Assembly: GCA_965202725.1 (NCBI GenBank)
Contig: OZ241845.1
Coordinates: 1,346,172-1,410,171, forward strand
Direction of reading: 5' to 3'
DNA from: Candidatus Poribacteria bacterium
GTDB taxonomy: Bacteria; Poribacteria; WGA-4E; WGA-3G
DNA length: 64,000 bases
Part shown: positions 27,745-38,029 of the stretch, in pieces
How the letters are laid out: the number at the start of each line of letters is the position of its first letter
Position numbering within the stretch: the first letter of the stretch is position 1
Translations under genes and position numbers: made by a program
Notes under the pieces: model-generated
What the model was told of the DNA's origin: nothing
The model's input: the letters and a program-made list of their open reading frames with translations, nothing else
Database searches by the model: none

Positions 27745-29619
27745 GTGTTCATCGGTTTGGCATGTGCTACTACTGAATGCCTCCTCGCCCCATATAACGA
27801 TTACGTTATCCGCAACATATTTCTTGCAGGTGGCCACTTTCCTGTCGCTCCCTTCTTTGTCCTGACGGTTTTTGTGTTAGGTATCAACGTTTTCCTGAAA
27901 CGTGTCTATCCAACCTCGGCGTTTTCACCCGGAGAGCTCATCACAATCTGGTGTATTATGCTTGCGCCAGCAGGCATTCCGTCCTCAGGGATGATGCGCT
28001 ATGCGCTCAGCCCGATGGTGGTCTATCAGTACCTTGCCACCCCGGAAAACGATTGGGAGTCTTTATTTTCGCACTATATCCCTCACTGGCGGGTGGTGCA
28101 GGATCGTGCGGCGGCACGTTCGTTTTTTGAAGGGCTGTTCGCTGGTGAATCCGTGCCATGGCGCCCATGGATAACCCCGATCTTGACGTGGAGTGCCTAC
28201 GTTTTGGTCGCCTATTTCGTGATGATTTGCCTCTCGGTGCTACTCCGGAAGCAGTGGGTAGAGCACGAACGTTGTGCGTTTCCGCTTGTTAAGTTGCCAG
28301 TCGAAATGGTAGCACAGGGCGGCGGGAGTCTCGGTCCGCTTTTCAAGAACAGTGCGCTCTGGTTCGGATTCGCGTTTCCAGTATTCCTACATACGATGAA
28401 CGGTTTACATACGTTCTTTCCTGCTGCTCCACATATCCCTCGCGATTTCTGGCTCAATCAGTATCTCATTGAACGTCCTTGGAGTGCCCTCCGGCCGTTT
28501 CAGGTTGTTATTTTTTGGTCGATGGTTGGGTTTAGCTATCTTCTGACCTTAGAAGTGTCGTTTAGCATCTGGTTCTTCTTCATCTTTTACAAACTGCAAT
28601 GCCTCTTGGGTGTAATGATGGGTTTTCAACTCACTTCGGGGCCCGGTGTTCAGTGGACCGGGAAGGCATTCAGTGCTTCACAAGAGGCAGGTGCGTGTCT
28701 GGCGTTCATCGGCATCGCGCTCTGGAAAATGCGACATCCTATTAAAAATATGCTTCAGTTCCGTCCGTCCGATGAGCCCCTCCCGCATAGCGTTACAATT
28801 TTCGGATTGCTTGGCGGCATCTGTGTCCTCGTGTTCTTCAATCATTTGATGGGGATGTCCATCTTATTTGCGCTCGGTTTTGTGCTGTTTCTGCTTGCAA
28901 TGTATGTCGTGCTGACGTGGCAGGTGATTAACGGCGGGATCCCGTTCATCAATCCGTCGTTCTCACCCCAGAGTTTCTTCCTGACAACGCTGGGCACCTC
29001 AAAAATTCATCCTGCTACGGTGACCTCAATGCTGATGCATCCGGTGTGCATGACGTTAGATCTTCGTGAATTCATGATGCCTAACATAATGAACGGATTA
29101 AAAGCTGCAGACGATGCCCGCGTTAAACGGCGGCAACTTCTCTTTGCAATGGCGGTTGCCATGGTTATTGGGCTGGCTGTTTCCTATTACTCAGCACTCA
29201 AGATTAGCTACACCCACGGTGCGCCTTACACGGGTGGTAGTTGGTTCATGCGACAACTGGAAGGCTTGCTTACAAGTCCAAAAACCAGTACGAATTGGGT
29301 GAATACCGGGTTTATCTTGGTTGGTAGCGCTTTCACAGTCTTTTTGATGTGGATGCGCCAAACCTTTGTGTGGTGGCCCCTACATCCCCTCGGGTATACG
29401 ATGCTCAGCTCCTGGGCGACGTTTAAACTTTGGTTCTCGATATTTTTGGGGTGGGGGCTGAAGTTTAGTATTGTGAAATACGGCGGATTGAAGGCATATC
29501 GGAGCGCGCGACCGGTTTTCCTTGGGCTCGTTCTCGGAGAGATGACGTATGCTGGGCTCTGGGCAATCATTGGAATGGTTACGGGAATCAGCACAGGATA
29601 CCGTATTTTACCAGATTAA
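27745..29619 (+). CDS. Polytopic membrane protein (DUF6785/DUF6784-like putative transporter)
   Basis: LLRKQWVEHER..FPLVKLP and WWPLHPLGY...KYGG.KAYR..RP.FLGLVLGE. The frame is open upstream, so the true start may be earlier. Confidence 0.7.
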   Translation: MFIGLACATTECLLAPYNDYVIRNIFLAGGHFPVAPFFVLTVFVLGINVFLKRVYPTSAFSPGELITIWCIMLAPAGIPSSGMMRYALSPMVVYQYLATPENDWESLFSHYIPHWRVVQDRAAARSFFEGLFAGESVPWRPWITPILTWSAYVLVAYFVMICLSVLLRKQWVEHERCAFPLVKLPVEMVAQGGGSLGPLFKNSALWFGFAFPVFLHTMNGLHTFFPAAPHIPRDFWLNQYLIERPWSALRPFQVVIFWSMVGFSYLLTLEVSFSIWFFFIFYKLQCLLGVMMGFQLTSGPGVQWTGKAFSASQEAGACLAFIGIALWKMRHPIKNMLQFRPSDEPLPHSVTIFGLLGGICVLVFFNHLMGMSILFALGFVLFLLAMYVVLTWQVINGGIPFINPSFSPQSFFLTTLGTSKIHPATVTSMLMHPVCMTLDLREFMMPNIMNGLKAADDARVKRRQLLFAMAVAMVIGLAVSYYSALKISYTHGAPYTGGSWFMRQLEGLLTSPKTSTNWVNTGFILVGSAFTVFLMWMRQTFVWWPLHPLGYTMLSSWATFKLWFSIFLGWGLKFSIVKYGGLKAYRSARPVFLGLVLGEMTYAGLWAIIGMVTGISTGYRILPD

Positions 29620-29853
29620 ATACTTAACGGTTAGCCAGCAGTTAACTATGGTGAATGGGAAAAATGAATTCACATGTGTCTCCTCTCGCTGGCGAAGTTT
29701 CCGAACCTCGCGGGTACAGAGTGTCTAATTAATGCTAAGATCTACCATAAATGCCCCCATTATTTTACCTTGACACTGAGATAAATACCGTGTATCATAT
29801 ACTAAGACCTACGCAATTTCCTTACGCTAAATACAAAGAACGGAGCCAGATCA

Positions 29854-30276
29854 ATGAAAACGGTTTTGCTGTTCGCAATAGTCTTTTGGGCAATAGCCCT
29901 CCCTACCCTCGCTGAGTTAACGGTTGAAGACCTTGATAAAATTCGATCTATCATCAAAGAAGAGATAGCAGATGAAATCGCGCCGCTAAAAGTCGAAATT
30001 GCTTCTATAAAAACCGAAATCACATCCATGAAAACCGAAATCACATCCATGAAAACCGAAATAGCGTCGGTGAAAGAGAACGTTGCATCGCTCAATGGGC
30101 GGGTGAACGGTATTGAGAAAATGATCACTTGGTTACTGGGCATAATTGTAGTAGTCTTGGGTATCCCACAAGTCATCGTTGCATGGCGCAGTAGGGAAAA
30201 TCGTGAACAAGAGAAACGGATTGAAGAACTCGCCCAAGAAATAGAAACGCTGAAACAGCAGATCGTAAACCCCTAA
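29854..30276 (+). CDS. Small exported/membrane coiled-coil protein with a heptad tandem repeat
   Basis: Signal peptide, KTEITSM repeats (21-bp DNA unit at 30010-30062) and a C-terminal TM. Promoter TTGACA-17-TATCAT at 29770-29798. Confidence 0.75.
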   Translation: MKTVLLFAIVFWAIALPTLAELTVEDLDKIRSIIKEEIADEIAPLKVEIASIKTEITSMKTEITSMKTEIASVKENVASLNGRVNGIEKMITWLLGIIVVVLGIPQVIVAWRSRENREQEKRIEELAQEIETLKQQIVNP

Positions 30277-30321
30277 CGACCTCTGTCCATCTGAGAGGAC
30301 TTTGAAAGTTTTCAAGAAATT

Positions 30322-32337
30322 ATGAAAAAACACATTGTTATTTTACCATTTTTAGCCAGCCTCTGTTTGCTCTGCATCGGAGTGAATCCGGCTTTTTCAG
30401 TAGATTTCATTCGATTAGAACGCGAATTTGCAGGCAAAGGGACAACACAAGGACGATTCAGCAAGGACATCCATCTCGCCTTTGATAGACAGCATATTTA
30501 TGTCAGCGATACCGAGAATCGGCTTATCCAGAAGTTGTCAGCCACCGGAGAATTTCTGTTTCAATTCCCGGAAGTCCCAGAATCTCCAGAGACTGTCCTG
30601 CGAAAACCGGGGCACCTCGCGGTAGATAGCCTCGGAAATATCTACGTCACCGATGAAACTGTGCATCACATTGGTGAAAGCGCGGACCCGAAAGTTTACA
30701 TGTTCGCGCCGTGTGTCCACAAATTCAGCGCAACCGGTGAATTGTTAGACACCTATTTCGTTGATCCAGTGGATGTCCGGCCGAAAGTCGTCTTACCGAT
30801 AAGCCTCATCCTTGACGAAGAGGGGAAAACTGCTTTTGCGATTCAACCGAAAGGTTATAACAGATCCCTTCGCGTCACCCTCAATTCCGAAAATGAACTC
30901 TACGTTTTGGACGCTGAACGCGGACGGATCTATAAGTTCAGTGCGGATGGCGAGAACCTGCTTGCTTTCGGTCGGTACGGTTCAGGTGACGGTGAATTTG
31001 ATACGGATGCGTCAGACATTGCGATTGACGCACGCGGAAATGTCCTTATCGCTGACACTGGAAATCACAGGATCGTGAAATTTGATTCAGCGGGTAAATT
31101 TGTCGGTAACTTCGGCAGAAAAGGACGCGGCAACGGGGAATTCACACAACCGATAGCCCTCGCTACGCTGCCTACAGGTGAGATTTTAGTTAAAGATGCG
31201 AGTCAATTCCGCAGGAAAATTGGGGGGCTACCAGAAATTATTGCCCTCTCACCGACATTGACACAGCTGACGGAGATGCCCCCCGGACAAGCGGACCTCG
31301 CGGATACCATCGCGAACGCGACTCGACCCCAGTACGGCGCCTTTGCGCAGAGTAAAGCCGCTGCTGCCGATACTGCTGCCTTGAACCGACGCGTGCGACT
31401 GCTGGAAGAGGCGGAATACAACCGTTATTATGCGAACGAAACGGATGATGAAGGCAAGGCAGAACTCGCTGAAGAACTCAAGCGAACGGACATTCGTCTC
31501 ACCCTCTTCCATAACGTTATCTCACGTATCCAAAAGTTTGACAATAATGGCCGGTATTTGGGGCGTATCATTTATGAAACTGACCAACTCAGCGAAGATA
31601 AGCACGATCAGACCTTCTTAGCTCTTGACAGCTCCGGGCATCTCTATTTGCGGGATGCCAGTGATTTTACGATCGCGCAGTATTCGGTTACAGGTTTTAC
31701 TGTGAAACCCTCTCACATGAATGGATTTTACACGACTCGCGCTGCGATCCTAAATAACAACTACTTGGAAGACTACGAAGACATTGATGTCTCAACAGAT
31801 GTCCAAGATGAACTGCACCAACTGGAACTGAAAAACATGTTCGGGTGGACATATAGTCTCTCTGAACGGTGGCATCTGACCTTCCTCGATGAACTGACCT
31901 ACGGCGAGCAAGATGAACGTTATGTCACTCCCGCGAAGGTAGAAGATAGTTACGATTTCGAGACACAGGCGTTAGAGAACGCATTCGCAGCGAATCTGAA
32001 ATTCATCGCCAACCCAAATCCGTACCGCTATAAGGAGTTAAACCTGTCTGTTGGACGTGTTGATGGCACGTCTGACCTGACGCAGGATGCACTTTTCCCT
32101 GAACTCAACAAACAGCACAGAAAAGATACGGGTGATGCAAGTTCCACGGTTATTGAACTCAATTGGGATATATGGTCACGCGGAAACCTATGGCTCCGGT
32201 ACGCTGATCTGAATCCTGCCGAAACGAGTCGAAATTTCGTCCGACGATTCTACGATGTCTCTGGGGACCTCTACGAAGTCTTTGGGAGTCGCAACGAGGC
32301 CCGGCAGTTTATGGGTGAGTTAACTATAAAGTTTTGA
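30322..32337 (+). CDS. NHL-repeat beta-propeller protein, exported
   Basis: Repeated GxGxGEF..P..IAID..GN..IADTGNHRI.KF. Confidence 0.85.
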   Translation: MKKHIVILPFLASLCLLCIGVNPAFSVDFIRLEREFAGKGTTQGRFSKDIHLAFDRQHIYVSDTENRLIQKLSATGEFLFQFPEVPESPETVLRKPGHLAVDSLGNIYVTDETVHHIGESADPKVYMFAPCVHKFSATGELLDTYFVDPVDVRPKVVLPISLILDEEGKTAFAIQPKGYNRSLRVTLNSENELYVLDAERGRIYKFSADGENLLAFGRYGSGDGEFDTDASDIAIDARGNVLIADTGNHRIVKFDSAGKFVGNFGRKGRGNGEFTQPIALATLPTGEILVKDASQFRRKIGGLPEIIALSPTLTQLTEMPPGQADLADTIANATRPQYGAFAQSKAAAADTAALNRRVRLLEEAEYNRYYANETDDEGKAELAEELKRTDIRLTLFHNVISRIQKFDNNGRYLGRIIYETDQLSEDKHDQTFLALDSSGHLYLRDASDFTIAQYSVTGFTVKPSHMNGFYTTRAAILNNNYLEDYEDIDVSTDVQDELHQLELKNMFGWTYSLSERWHLTFLDELTYGEQDERYVTPAKVEDSYDFETQALENAFAANLKFIANPNPYRYKELNLSVGRVDGTSDLTQDALFPELNKQHRKDTGDASSTVIELNWDIWSRGNLWLRYADLNPAETSRNFVRRFYDVSGDLYEVFGSRNEARQFMGELTIKF

Positions 32338-32350
32338 GGTTGTTGTTAAT

Positions 32351-33313
32351 ATGGAATTTCGTGGGCTTTATCCTGAAGAATTAGAGGCCTGGTTGGATCA
32401 TGTTACGTCTGTCTTTACAGGGGGGCGCAAATACTTTTCTAATCACTGGCACAACGATCCGTGGCGAGATGCAGAAGGCATCCGAATTGCCCTCGACGAG
32501 GGTACTATTGTCAGTACAGTCCGCGTCTTTATTCGGAAGATGTATTTGCACGGCGAACCGATACCCGTTGGTGGCATTGGAGAGGTCAGCACGCGCCCGG
32601 AATACCAGCGCCGCGGGCTTGCCACACAACTCCTTAAAGACGCTATCAGGTTCATGGAAGATCGTGAGATAGCTATGTCCTCGCTCCACGGAAGCCAACG
32701 TATCTATTCAATTGAAGGGTGGAGGAAGGTGCCACGCTACTACGCGAGACAAGCTTTCAATGCCGAAAAGCGATCAGAGTGGGCAATCCGTCCAGCCAAT
32801 TTTGACAATGCAGCCGAAGTCAAACGAATCGCTGAACGCTATGATGGGTATGCGCGTAAATTTAACGGCACTTTTGTCAGAGATAAAATAGAATATTGGA
32901 CGAAGTGGGTGCAGACGGAGTCTCCAAACGCTTGGGTTGCTGAACGTGATGGGAGTATTGAAGGGTATGTCTCCGTCGTCCAGCGCGACGATCAACTGGA
33001 TGTTAAGGAGTTTATTGCTTCAGAGACACCTTTTGAAAAAGACAACGGCAAAGAACTCTTTGAAAGCATGCTCTCTAACCTCATCGCGCAGATGGATAGA
33101 GAATCCATTGAGGTGGTTTATCCTGCCCCGATTGCCGACGGTTTTAACGCCCCTAAGATTGAAGAACATACAAGTGCGATGTATCGCATCAATCAACCGA
33201 CTGTGCTTTCTGATTCATGCAATGCAATTCCCGACCTATTACACAACCAACACCAGTCTTTGGCACAGGGCATCAAGTCGCATCACGTCTTTTGGTATAC
33301 TGATGGATATTAA
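32351..33313 (+). CDS. GNAT acetyltransferase (Eis-like)
   Basis: GGIGEVSTRPEYQRRGLATQLL acetyl-CoA motif. Confidence 0.85.
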   Translation: MEFRGLYPEELEAWLDHVTSVFTGGRKYFSNHWHNDPWRDAEGIRIALDEGTIVSTVRVFIRKMYLHGEPIPVGGIGEVSTRPEYQRRGLATQLLKDAIRFMEDREIAMSSLHGSQRIYSIEGWRKVPRYYARQAFNAEKRSEWAIRPANFDNAAEVKRIAERYDGYARKFNGTFVRDKIEYWTKWVQTESPNAWVAERDGSIEGYVSVVQRDDQLDVKEFIASETPFEKDNGKELFESMLSNLIAQMDRESIEVVYPAPIADGFNAPKIEEHTSAMYRINQPTVLSDSCNAIPDLLHNQHQSLAQGIKSHHVFWYTDGY

Positions 33314-33423
33314 CAGCGCACCTATATGATTTAGGGTTCATATCAAATCGTTTTATTCGATTATCCTTCGATCTCTTAATTCACCGCAAAAAATTTGACT
33401 TCTAGCTCGATGGGGATATAGAC

Positions 33424-34422
33424 ATGGCAAAACTACGCGTAGGTGTTATCGGTTGTAGTGGTATTGGCACGACGCATGTATCAGGTTTAATGGACCTGCC
33501 GAACGTTGAATTAGCCGCCGGCTGCGACTTTGTTCAAAGCAGACTGGATGCCTTCAAAGAAAAATATCAGGACACCTGGGACAACATTTCTCTGTATACT
33601 AACCATCAAGAGATGCTCGCAGCTGAGAATTTAGACATCGTGACAGTGGCGACCTCTGACCATCGGCATGCCGATCTGGTCGTTGATGCCGCAAACGCTG
33701 GCGTGAAAGGTATCTTCTGTGAAAAACCGATGGCAACGAATATCGCAGATGCGGACAGAATGATGGAGGCCACAGCGCGCAACGGAACTATCCTATCGAT
33801 TGATCACACTCGCCGATGGCAGCCCCTGTGGCGGCATACGAAAGAAGTAATCGTCGGTGGTGGACGTATCGGGGATGTTCAGTATGTTATTGGTACGTTG
33901 AGTGGTGGGCGTGCCATGCTCTTCCGTAATGGCACACATCTTATTGATGCGATCTGTTACTTCGCCGAGTCTGATCCTGAGTGGGTCTCTGCTGAATTGG
34001 AGGATGGCTACGAAGACTATGACGCGTATAAAGGTGATGGTGGACACGTCCCAGCAACGGAACCGTCAGCACACGGTTATATCCACTTCGAAAACGGCGT
34101 GCGCGGGTATTACGCTGGCGGTCCAAAGACGACCCTGCCCGGGTTCCGTGTGGAGATTGTCGGTACCAACGGCTACATTCTCATGAGTGACCGCGGGGCA
34201 ACACTCTATCAAGATGATAGTATTGAGACGATCGAGGCACCCACATGGGACATCTCGGGTATCCCTGCTGGACCACGAGAGTTGGTAGGGCTCATTACAG
34301 AAGGCGGAGAACCTGTTTCGTCTGGAAGTGAAGGCTACAAGGTTGTCCAAATTATCATTGGCTTCCTGACATCGCAGCAGCGGGACAATGGAAAGGTCAA
34401 ACTGCCTTTGGCTGCGGATTAG
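33424..34422 (+). CDS. Gfo/Idh/MocA oxidoreductase
   Basis: VGVIGCSGIG and IFCEKPMA. Confidence 0.9.
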   Translation: MAKLRVGVIGCSGIGTTHVSGLMDLPNVELAAGCDFVQSRLDAFKEKYQDTWDNISLYTNHQEMLAAENLDIVTVATSDHRHADLVVDAANAGVKGIFCEKPMATNIADADRMMEATARNGTILSIDHTRRWQPLWRHTKEVIVGGGRIGDVQYVIGTLSGGRAMLFRNGTHLIDAICYFAESDPEWVSAELEDGYEDYDAYKGDGGHVPATEPSAHGYIHFENGVRGYYAGGPKTTLPGFRVEIVGTNGYILMSDRGATLYQDDSIETIEAPTWDISGIPAGPRELVGLITEGGEPVSSGSEGYKVVQIIIGFLTSQQRDNGKVKLPLAAD

Positions 34423-34447
34423 CTTTATCCTTTTACTTCAACACTCA

Positions 34448-34960
34448 ATGGGAAAAAGCATGAAAGGCACTTTCAACACTGAAACGTTCAAAAAGATTTT
34501 CCTCTCCTATTTGAGCATGTTGGGTTTAACTTGGGGAGTCGTCGTTTTTTCAGGTTTCGGGCTTCCTTTCATATTGGAGACAATACCGCATTCCCGCCTT
34601 GCTACTGGTAATACTGTATCCGGTGTTATTGCAATCGGTTTGGTGGCAATAGGCTCACTGTCTATAGGTACAGTTTCCAACGGAGTGCTTTCAGTGGGAA
34701 TTTTTGCTGTTGGTAGCACTGCGTGTGGTGTTGTGGCTATCGGAGGAGGAGCAGCCGTCGGGGTTATCGCAATTGGTACAAATGCTATAGGCGTTGTCTC
34801 TATCGGATACAACGCTATGGGTATCTACGCGCTATCTTATAAAGACCAAAAAAACAGAAGCAGATATCTGTTATCTCCGGAACGCCAAGATGCAAAAGCG
34901 GTACGGTTGTTTACACGGTGGATGCCAAAATTGAAAAACGCGTTTGCAACAGAGCGTTAA
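34448..34960 (+). CDS. Membrane protein with Gly-rich G(V/I)(I/V)AIG repeats
   Basis: Repeated GxxAIG motifs; function unknown. Confidence 0.65.
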   Translation: MGKSMKGTFNTETFKKIFLSYLSMLGLTWGVVVFSGFGLPFILETIPHSRLATGNTVSGVIAIGLVAIGSLSIGTVSNGVLSVGIFAVGSTACGVVAIGGGAAVGVIAIGTNAIGVVSIGYNAMGIYALSYKDQKNRSRYLLSPERQDAKAVRLFTRWMPKLKNAFATER

Positions 34961-36063
34961 TCGGCTTTTAAAACAATTGCATTTTCAGGTGTCCACTGCA
35001 GATAGACCCTATCGCCGCGTTGAAAACGATGTGTATTTTGCTCGCCTGTATTCTGCCGGTGCGCAATAAGTGGGGTTGGGTAGTCCGTCTGTACGGTGTA
35101 TTGTAGCGTCGTGCCGAGATAACTTTCGTCTTGAATCACGCCGTGTAAGAGATTCGTGGTATCAGAGGTTGCGGCCGCCATCACGTTAATGCGCTCCGGA
35201 CGAACAGCGACGGTGACAGGCGCGTTCAACGGAATACCGCTGGTCGGTGTGCAGACGATTTTAGCGGGCGACTCTGGCATCAACGCGATCTCATTTTTAC
35301 TGACAAGTGTTCCTTCAAGAAAGTTAGAAGTACCGATAAAGTCTGCAACAAAGCGACTCTGTGGTGAGTCGTAGATTTCAGAGGGGGTTCCTACCTGAAG
35401 CACTTTTCCCTCGTTCATCACTGCAATCCGATCGGACAGTGCTAATGCTTCACCTTGGTCGTGTGTCACATAAACAAACGTAATACCGACCTTGCGTTGT
35501 AAGGTTTTTAGCTCCAACTGCATCTGTTTTCGGAGTTTTAAGTCGAGGGCCGAGAGGGGTTCATCTAAGAGCAGGATGGTGGGTTCGTTAATTAACGCGC
35601 GTGCAAGGGCGACCCGTTGTCTCTCTCCACCGGAGAGTTCACTCGGTTTTCGGTTGTCGTATCCGGACAACCGAATTAACGCCAACGCGCGTTCAACCGC
35701 CGCCGCTATTTCTGATTTAGGAGCCTTCTGCATCTGTAGCCCGAATGCGATATTTTGCGCGACGGTTTTATGTGGAAACAAAGCGTAGTTCTGAAAAACG
35801 GTGTTAACGGGACGCCGATAGGGTGGCGTTTCTGCCATTATTGCGCCGTTGATGTGGACCTCTCCTGTCGTAGGATACACAAACCCGCCTATGATGCGCA
35901 ACGTTGTTGTTTTCCCGCATCCACTCGGTCCGAGCAGAGAAAAGAACTCACCGCCTGCTACTTGCAGCGACACATTGTCAACTGCAACCGTTTCCCCGAA
36001 CTGTTTTGTTACAGATGTGAGCGTGATTTGTCCTACAGACATGTCCGAGTTGTCCTCTGACAA
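34957..36063 (-). CDS. potA: Spermidine/putrescine ABC transporter ATP-binding subunit
   Basis: GPSGCGKTT, RPVNTVFQNYALFPH, LSGGERQRVALARAL and a TOBE domain. Confidence 0.88.
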   Translation of the reverse strand: MSEDNSDMSVGQITLTSVTKQFGETVAVDNVSLQVAGGEFFSLLGPSGCGKTTTLRIIGGFVYPTTGEVHINGAIMAETPPYRRPVNTVFQNYALFPHKTVAQNIAFGLQMQKAPKSEIAAAVERALALIRLSGYDNRKPSELSGGERQRVALARALINEPTILLLDEPLSALDLKLRKQMQLELKTLQRKVGITFVYVTHDQGEALALSDRIAVMNEGKVLQVGTPSEIYDSPQSRFVADFIGTSNFLEGTLVSKNEIALMPESPAKIVCTPTSGIPLNAPVTVAVRPERINVMAAATSDTTNLLHGVIQDESYLGTTLQYTVQTDYPTPLIAHRQNTGEQNTHRFQRGDRVYLQWTPENAIVLKAD

Positions 36064-36170
36064 ATCACGATGTGTTCTTCGTGCATCGTTGTAGAGGTTT
36101 CACCTGCGATGTTAGAGGGACTGTTTTTCTTCGGCATTCGTTTGTTTGGTATATTCCTGATAATAGTTTC

Positions 36171-36497
36171 TTAAAGAGGTCGTTTGTTCAAACTGCTTAG
36201 CGTTTCGTCTAAAGTAGATAGACAGATTGGTGTTGACTTAGCAGTGGCTATTAATCGGACGAGGGGATTAATGTCACATCCAACGCTGTGCATGCCGAAG
36301 AGAGATGCCTCGACCAGAGAGGTACCGGTGCCACAATACGGATCAAGGAGCCATCCACCCTCTACACCGTACGCTTTAAGAAGTTTCCGTGCGATTTGGG
36401 GGATCATCATTGCCGGATAGGCGTGAAAGCAGTGGGTGTACTCTTTGGTATCAGACGCTCGAAAGTCCCACGATTCATCTTCGTATTTCAGAGTTAA
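36171..36497 (-). pseudogene. Truncated DNA methyltransferase (N-terminal fragment)
   Basis: THCFHAYPAMMIPQIA and LLDPYCGTGTSLVEA...GCDINP, then a stop after about 110 codons. Confidence 0.75.
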
Positions 36498-36765
36498 ACC
36501 TCCAGATCACAGCCAACGAAATTCCGATTTTTTAAGAGTGCTGCCTCCATGACGGAAAAGGAGCCTGCAGCCGGATCAATTACATAGTCGCCTTCATTGC
36601 TCACAGCAGCAATGAGCTCAGCCTGTAAACCGATAGGTTTCTGATGCGGATGATCTTGTGTTTTCGTGCGTTCAAGCCAGACATCGCGGATGTTATGGAT
36701 TTTCCAAACCCCCTTGGCCCTTCTTGGGTATTTCTGTAGAACGACTGCCATGGGCTTTCCATGAT
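36494..36765 (-). pseudogene. DNA methyltransferase (N4/N6 type) C-terminal fragment
   Basis: HPHQKPIGL...VIDPAAGSFS...NRNFVGCDL; the catalytic DPPY/SPPY half is missing. Confidence 0.75.
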
Positions 36766-36928
36766 TGCCATCGCAAAAATGCTGCAAGCCTCTCCTTCTA
36801 CCATCCTTGAGTGGATACGCACCTTCGCAGGAGAACACGCAAAACCCCACACCCCAACAGATAAGCACCGGCGTGCTTGAACTGGATGAGATGTAGCACT
36901 ATCTGAAAAAAAAAAACGTTTGAATCAG

Positions 36929-36952
36929 GCACAGCCTAACAGGCTATGCTAC
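36929..36952. repeat. GTAG-type REP palindrome downstream of DGR target 2
   Basis: GCACAGCCTAACAGGCTATGCTAC, the same family as at 10460 and 13506. Confidence 0.85.
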
Positions 36953-37021
36953 AAAAGAGCCTAACAAGAAACCAGGCTAAAAATAGTAATTTCCAGTTAA
37001 GTAAAACCAATTTTTGGGTCG

Positions 37022-37048
37022 CCCCACATCTGCAACGCAGATGTGGGG
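37022..37048 (-). promoter_or_regulatory. Hairpin/cruciform downstream of VR2
   Basis: On the gene strand CCCCACATCTGC-gtt-GCAGATGTGGGG, a 12-bp stem. Confidence 0.75.
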
Positions 37049-37072
37049 TATAAGGTGTTAAGTTGTTAAGCG

Positions 37073-38029
37073 TTAAGGGGTTACAGCAGCCCTCGCGCAA
37101 CGAAAACCGTAGAGGTAGAACGTAAGCGAAGGCGGAGTGATGGTGCGATTAGCGACCCGAACGTCCTGCGTATAAGGGTGCCAGGAGCCGCCCCGCAAGA
37201 CACGAGAAGACTTAACAAGTAAGTAGTCATTTAATATTAAGTCCACCTCCGCTATGTTATTCACATCGCTGAGGGGATTTCGAGCAGGAGAATGAGAATA
37301 GAAATCCGCATCATACGCATCTAAACACCACTCAAACGCATTACCCGCCATATCGTATAAACCATAACCATTCGCAGGATAGGAACCTACGACCGTCGTA
37401 GCGCCTACATTCCCATAGTTCGCACGATCCGCTGAGATCTCATTACCCCACGGATACCTCATACCTACCAAACCCCCACGCGCAGCCTTCTCCCACTCCG
37501 CCTCCGAAGGCAAACGCTTACCAGCCCACTTGGAATACGCTACCGCAGCATACCACGATACATTCACAACAGGATGATCCCCTTTACCCGCAGGATAGGT
37601 GGTGCCAGTCCAATCAAGTAGGTACCATCCATAATGGTATTTCCTATCAATACGATCCTTCTGCCACTCTGGATTCGCCAACACAAATCTTTGGTAAGCC
37701 GCATTCGTCACTTCATGCGTATCCATGTAGAACGCATCCACAAACACAGTGTGAACAGGCTGTTCAGCCGGAAAAGCTTCCGGATCATTGCTACCCATCT
37801 CAAACGCACCCGCAGGAATCAGCACCATGTCACGACCATCTGTGGGAGTTGTTATACGTTTCGGTAGCCTTTGGTTATCGCCCACCAGATCTTCTGTGAC
37901 AGGATCGGTCAGCTGGGGAACATCATCTTCTACCTCCTCCTCCGCTTTCGGACAGCCGATGAACATCGGACAGCACACCAACAGAACTAGCAACATCGCA
38001 CCCCTATAGAGAAAACTTTTTTTATTCAT
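37073..38029 (-). CDS. Exported FGE-sulfatase (CLec-fold) putative lipoprotein; DGR target 2
   Basis: Close paralogue of 12454-13413, with a FIGC lipobox-like motif and a C-terminal VR. Confidence 0.92.
   Translation of the reverse strand: MNKKSFLYRGAMLLVLLVCCPMFIGCPKAEEEVEDDVPQLTDPVTEDLVGDNQRLPKRITTPTDGRDMVLIPAGAFEMGSNDPEAFPAEQPVHTVFVDAFYMDTHEVTNAAYQRFVLANPEWQKDRIDRKYHYGWYLLDWTGTTYPAGKGDHPVVNVSWYAAVAYSKWAGKRLPSEAEWEKAARGGLVGMRYPWGNEISADRANYGNVGATTVVGSYPANGYGLYDMAGNAFEWCLDAYDADFYSHSPARNPLSDVNNIAEVDLILNDYLLVKSSRVLRGGSWHPYTQDVRVANRTITPPSLTFYLYGFRCARAAVTP
37088..37204 (-). repeat. DGR variable region VR2
   Basis: Gap-free 117-nt match to TR 13983-14099: 22 mismatches, all opposite TR adenines. 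Confidence 0.95.

Noticed and set aside
29647-29749. Possible 100-bp MITE with TATGGT...ACCATA ends
   Set aside because: Single copy in the window and a very short inverted repeat; cannot be supported.
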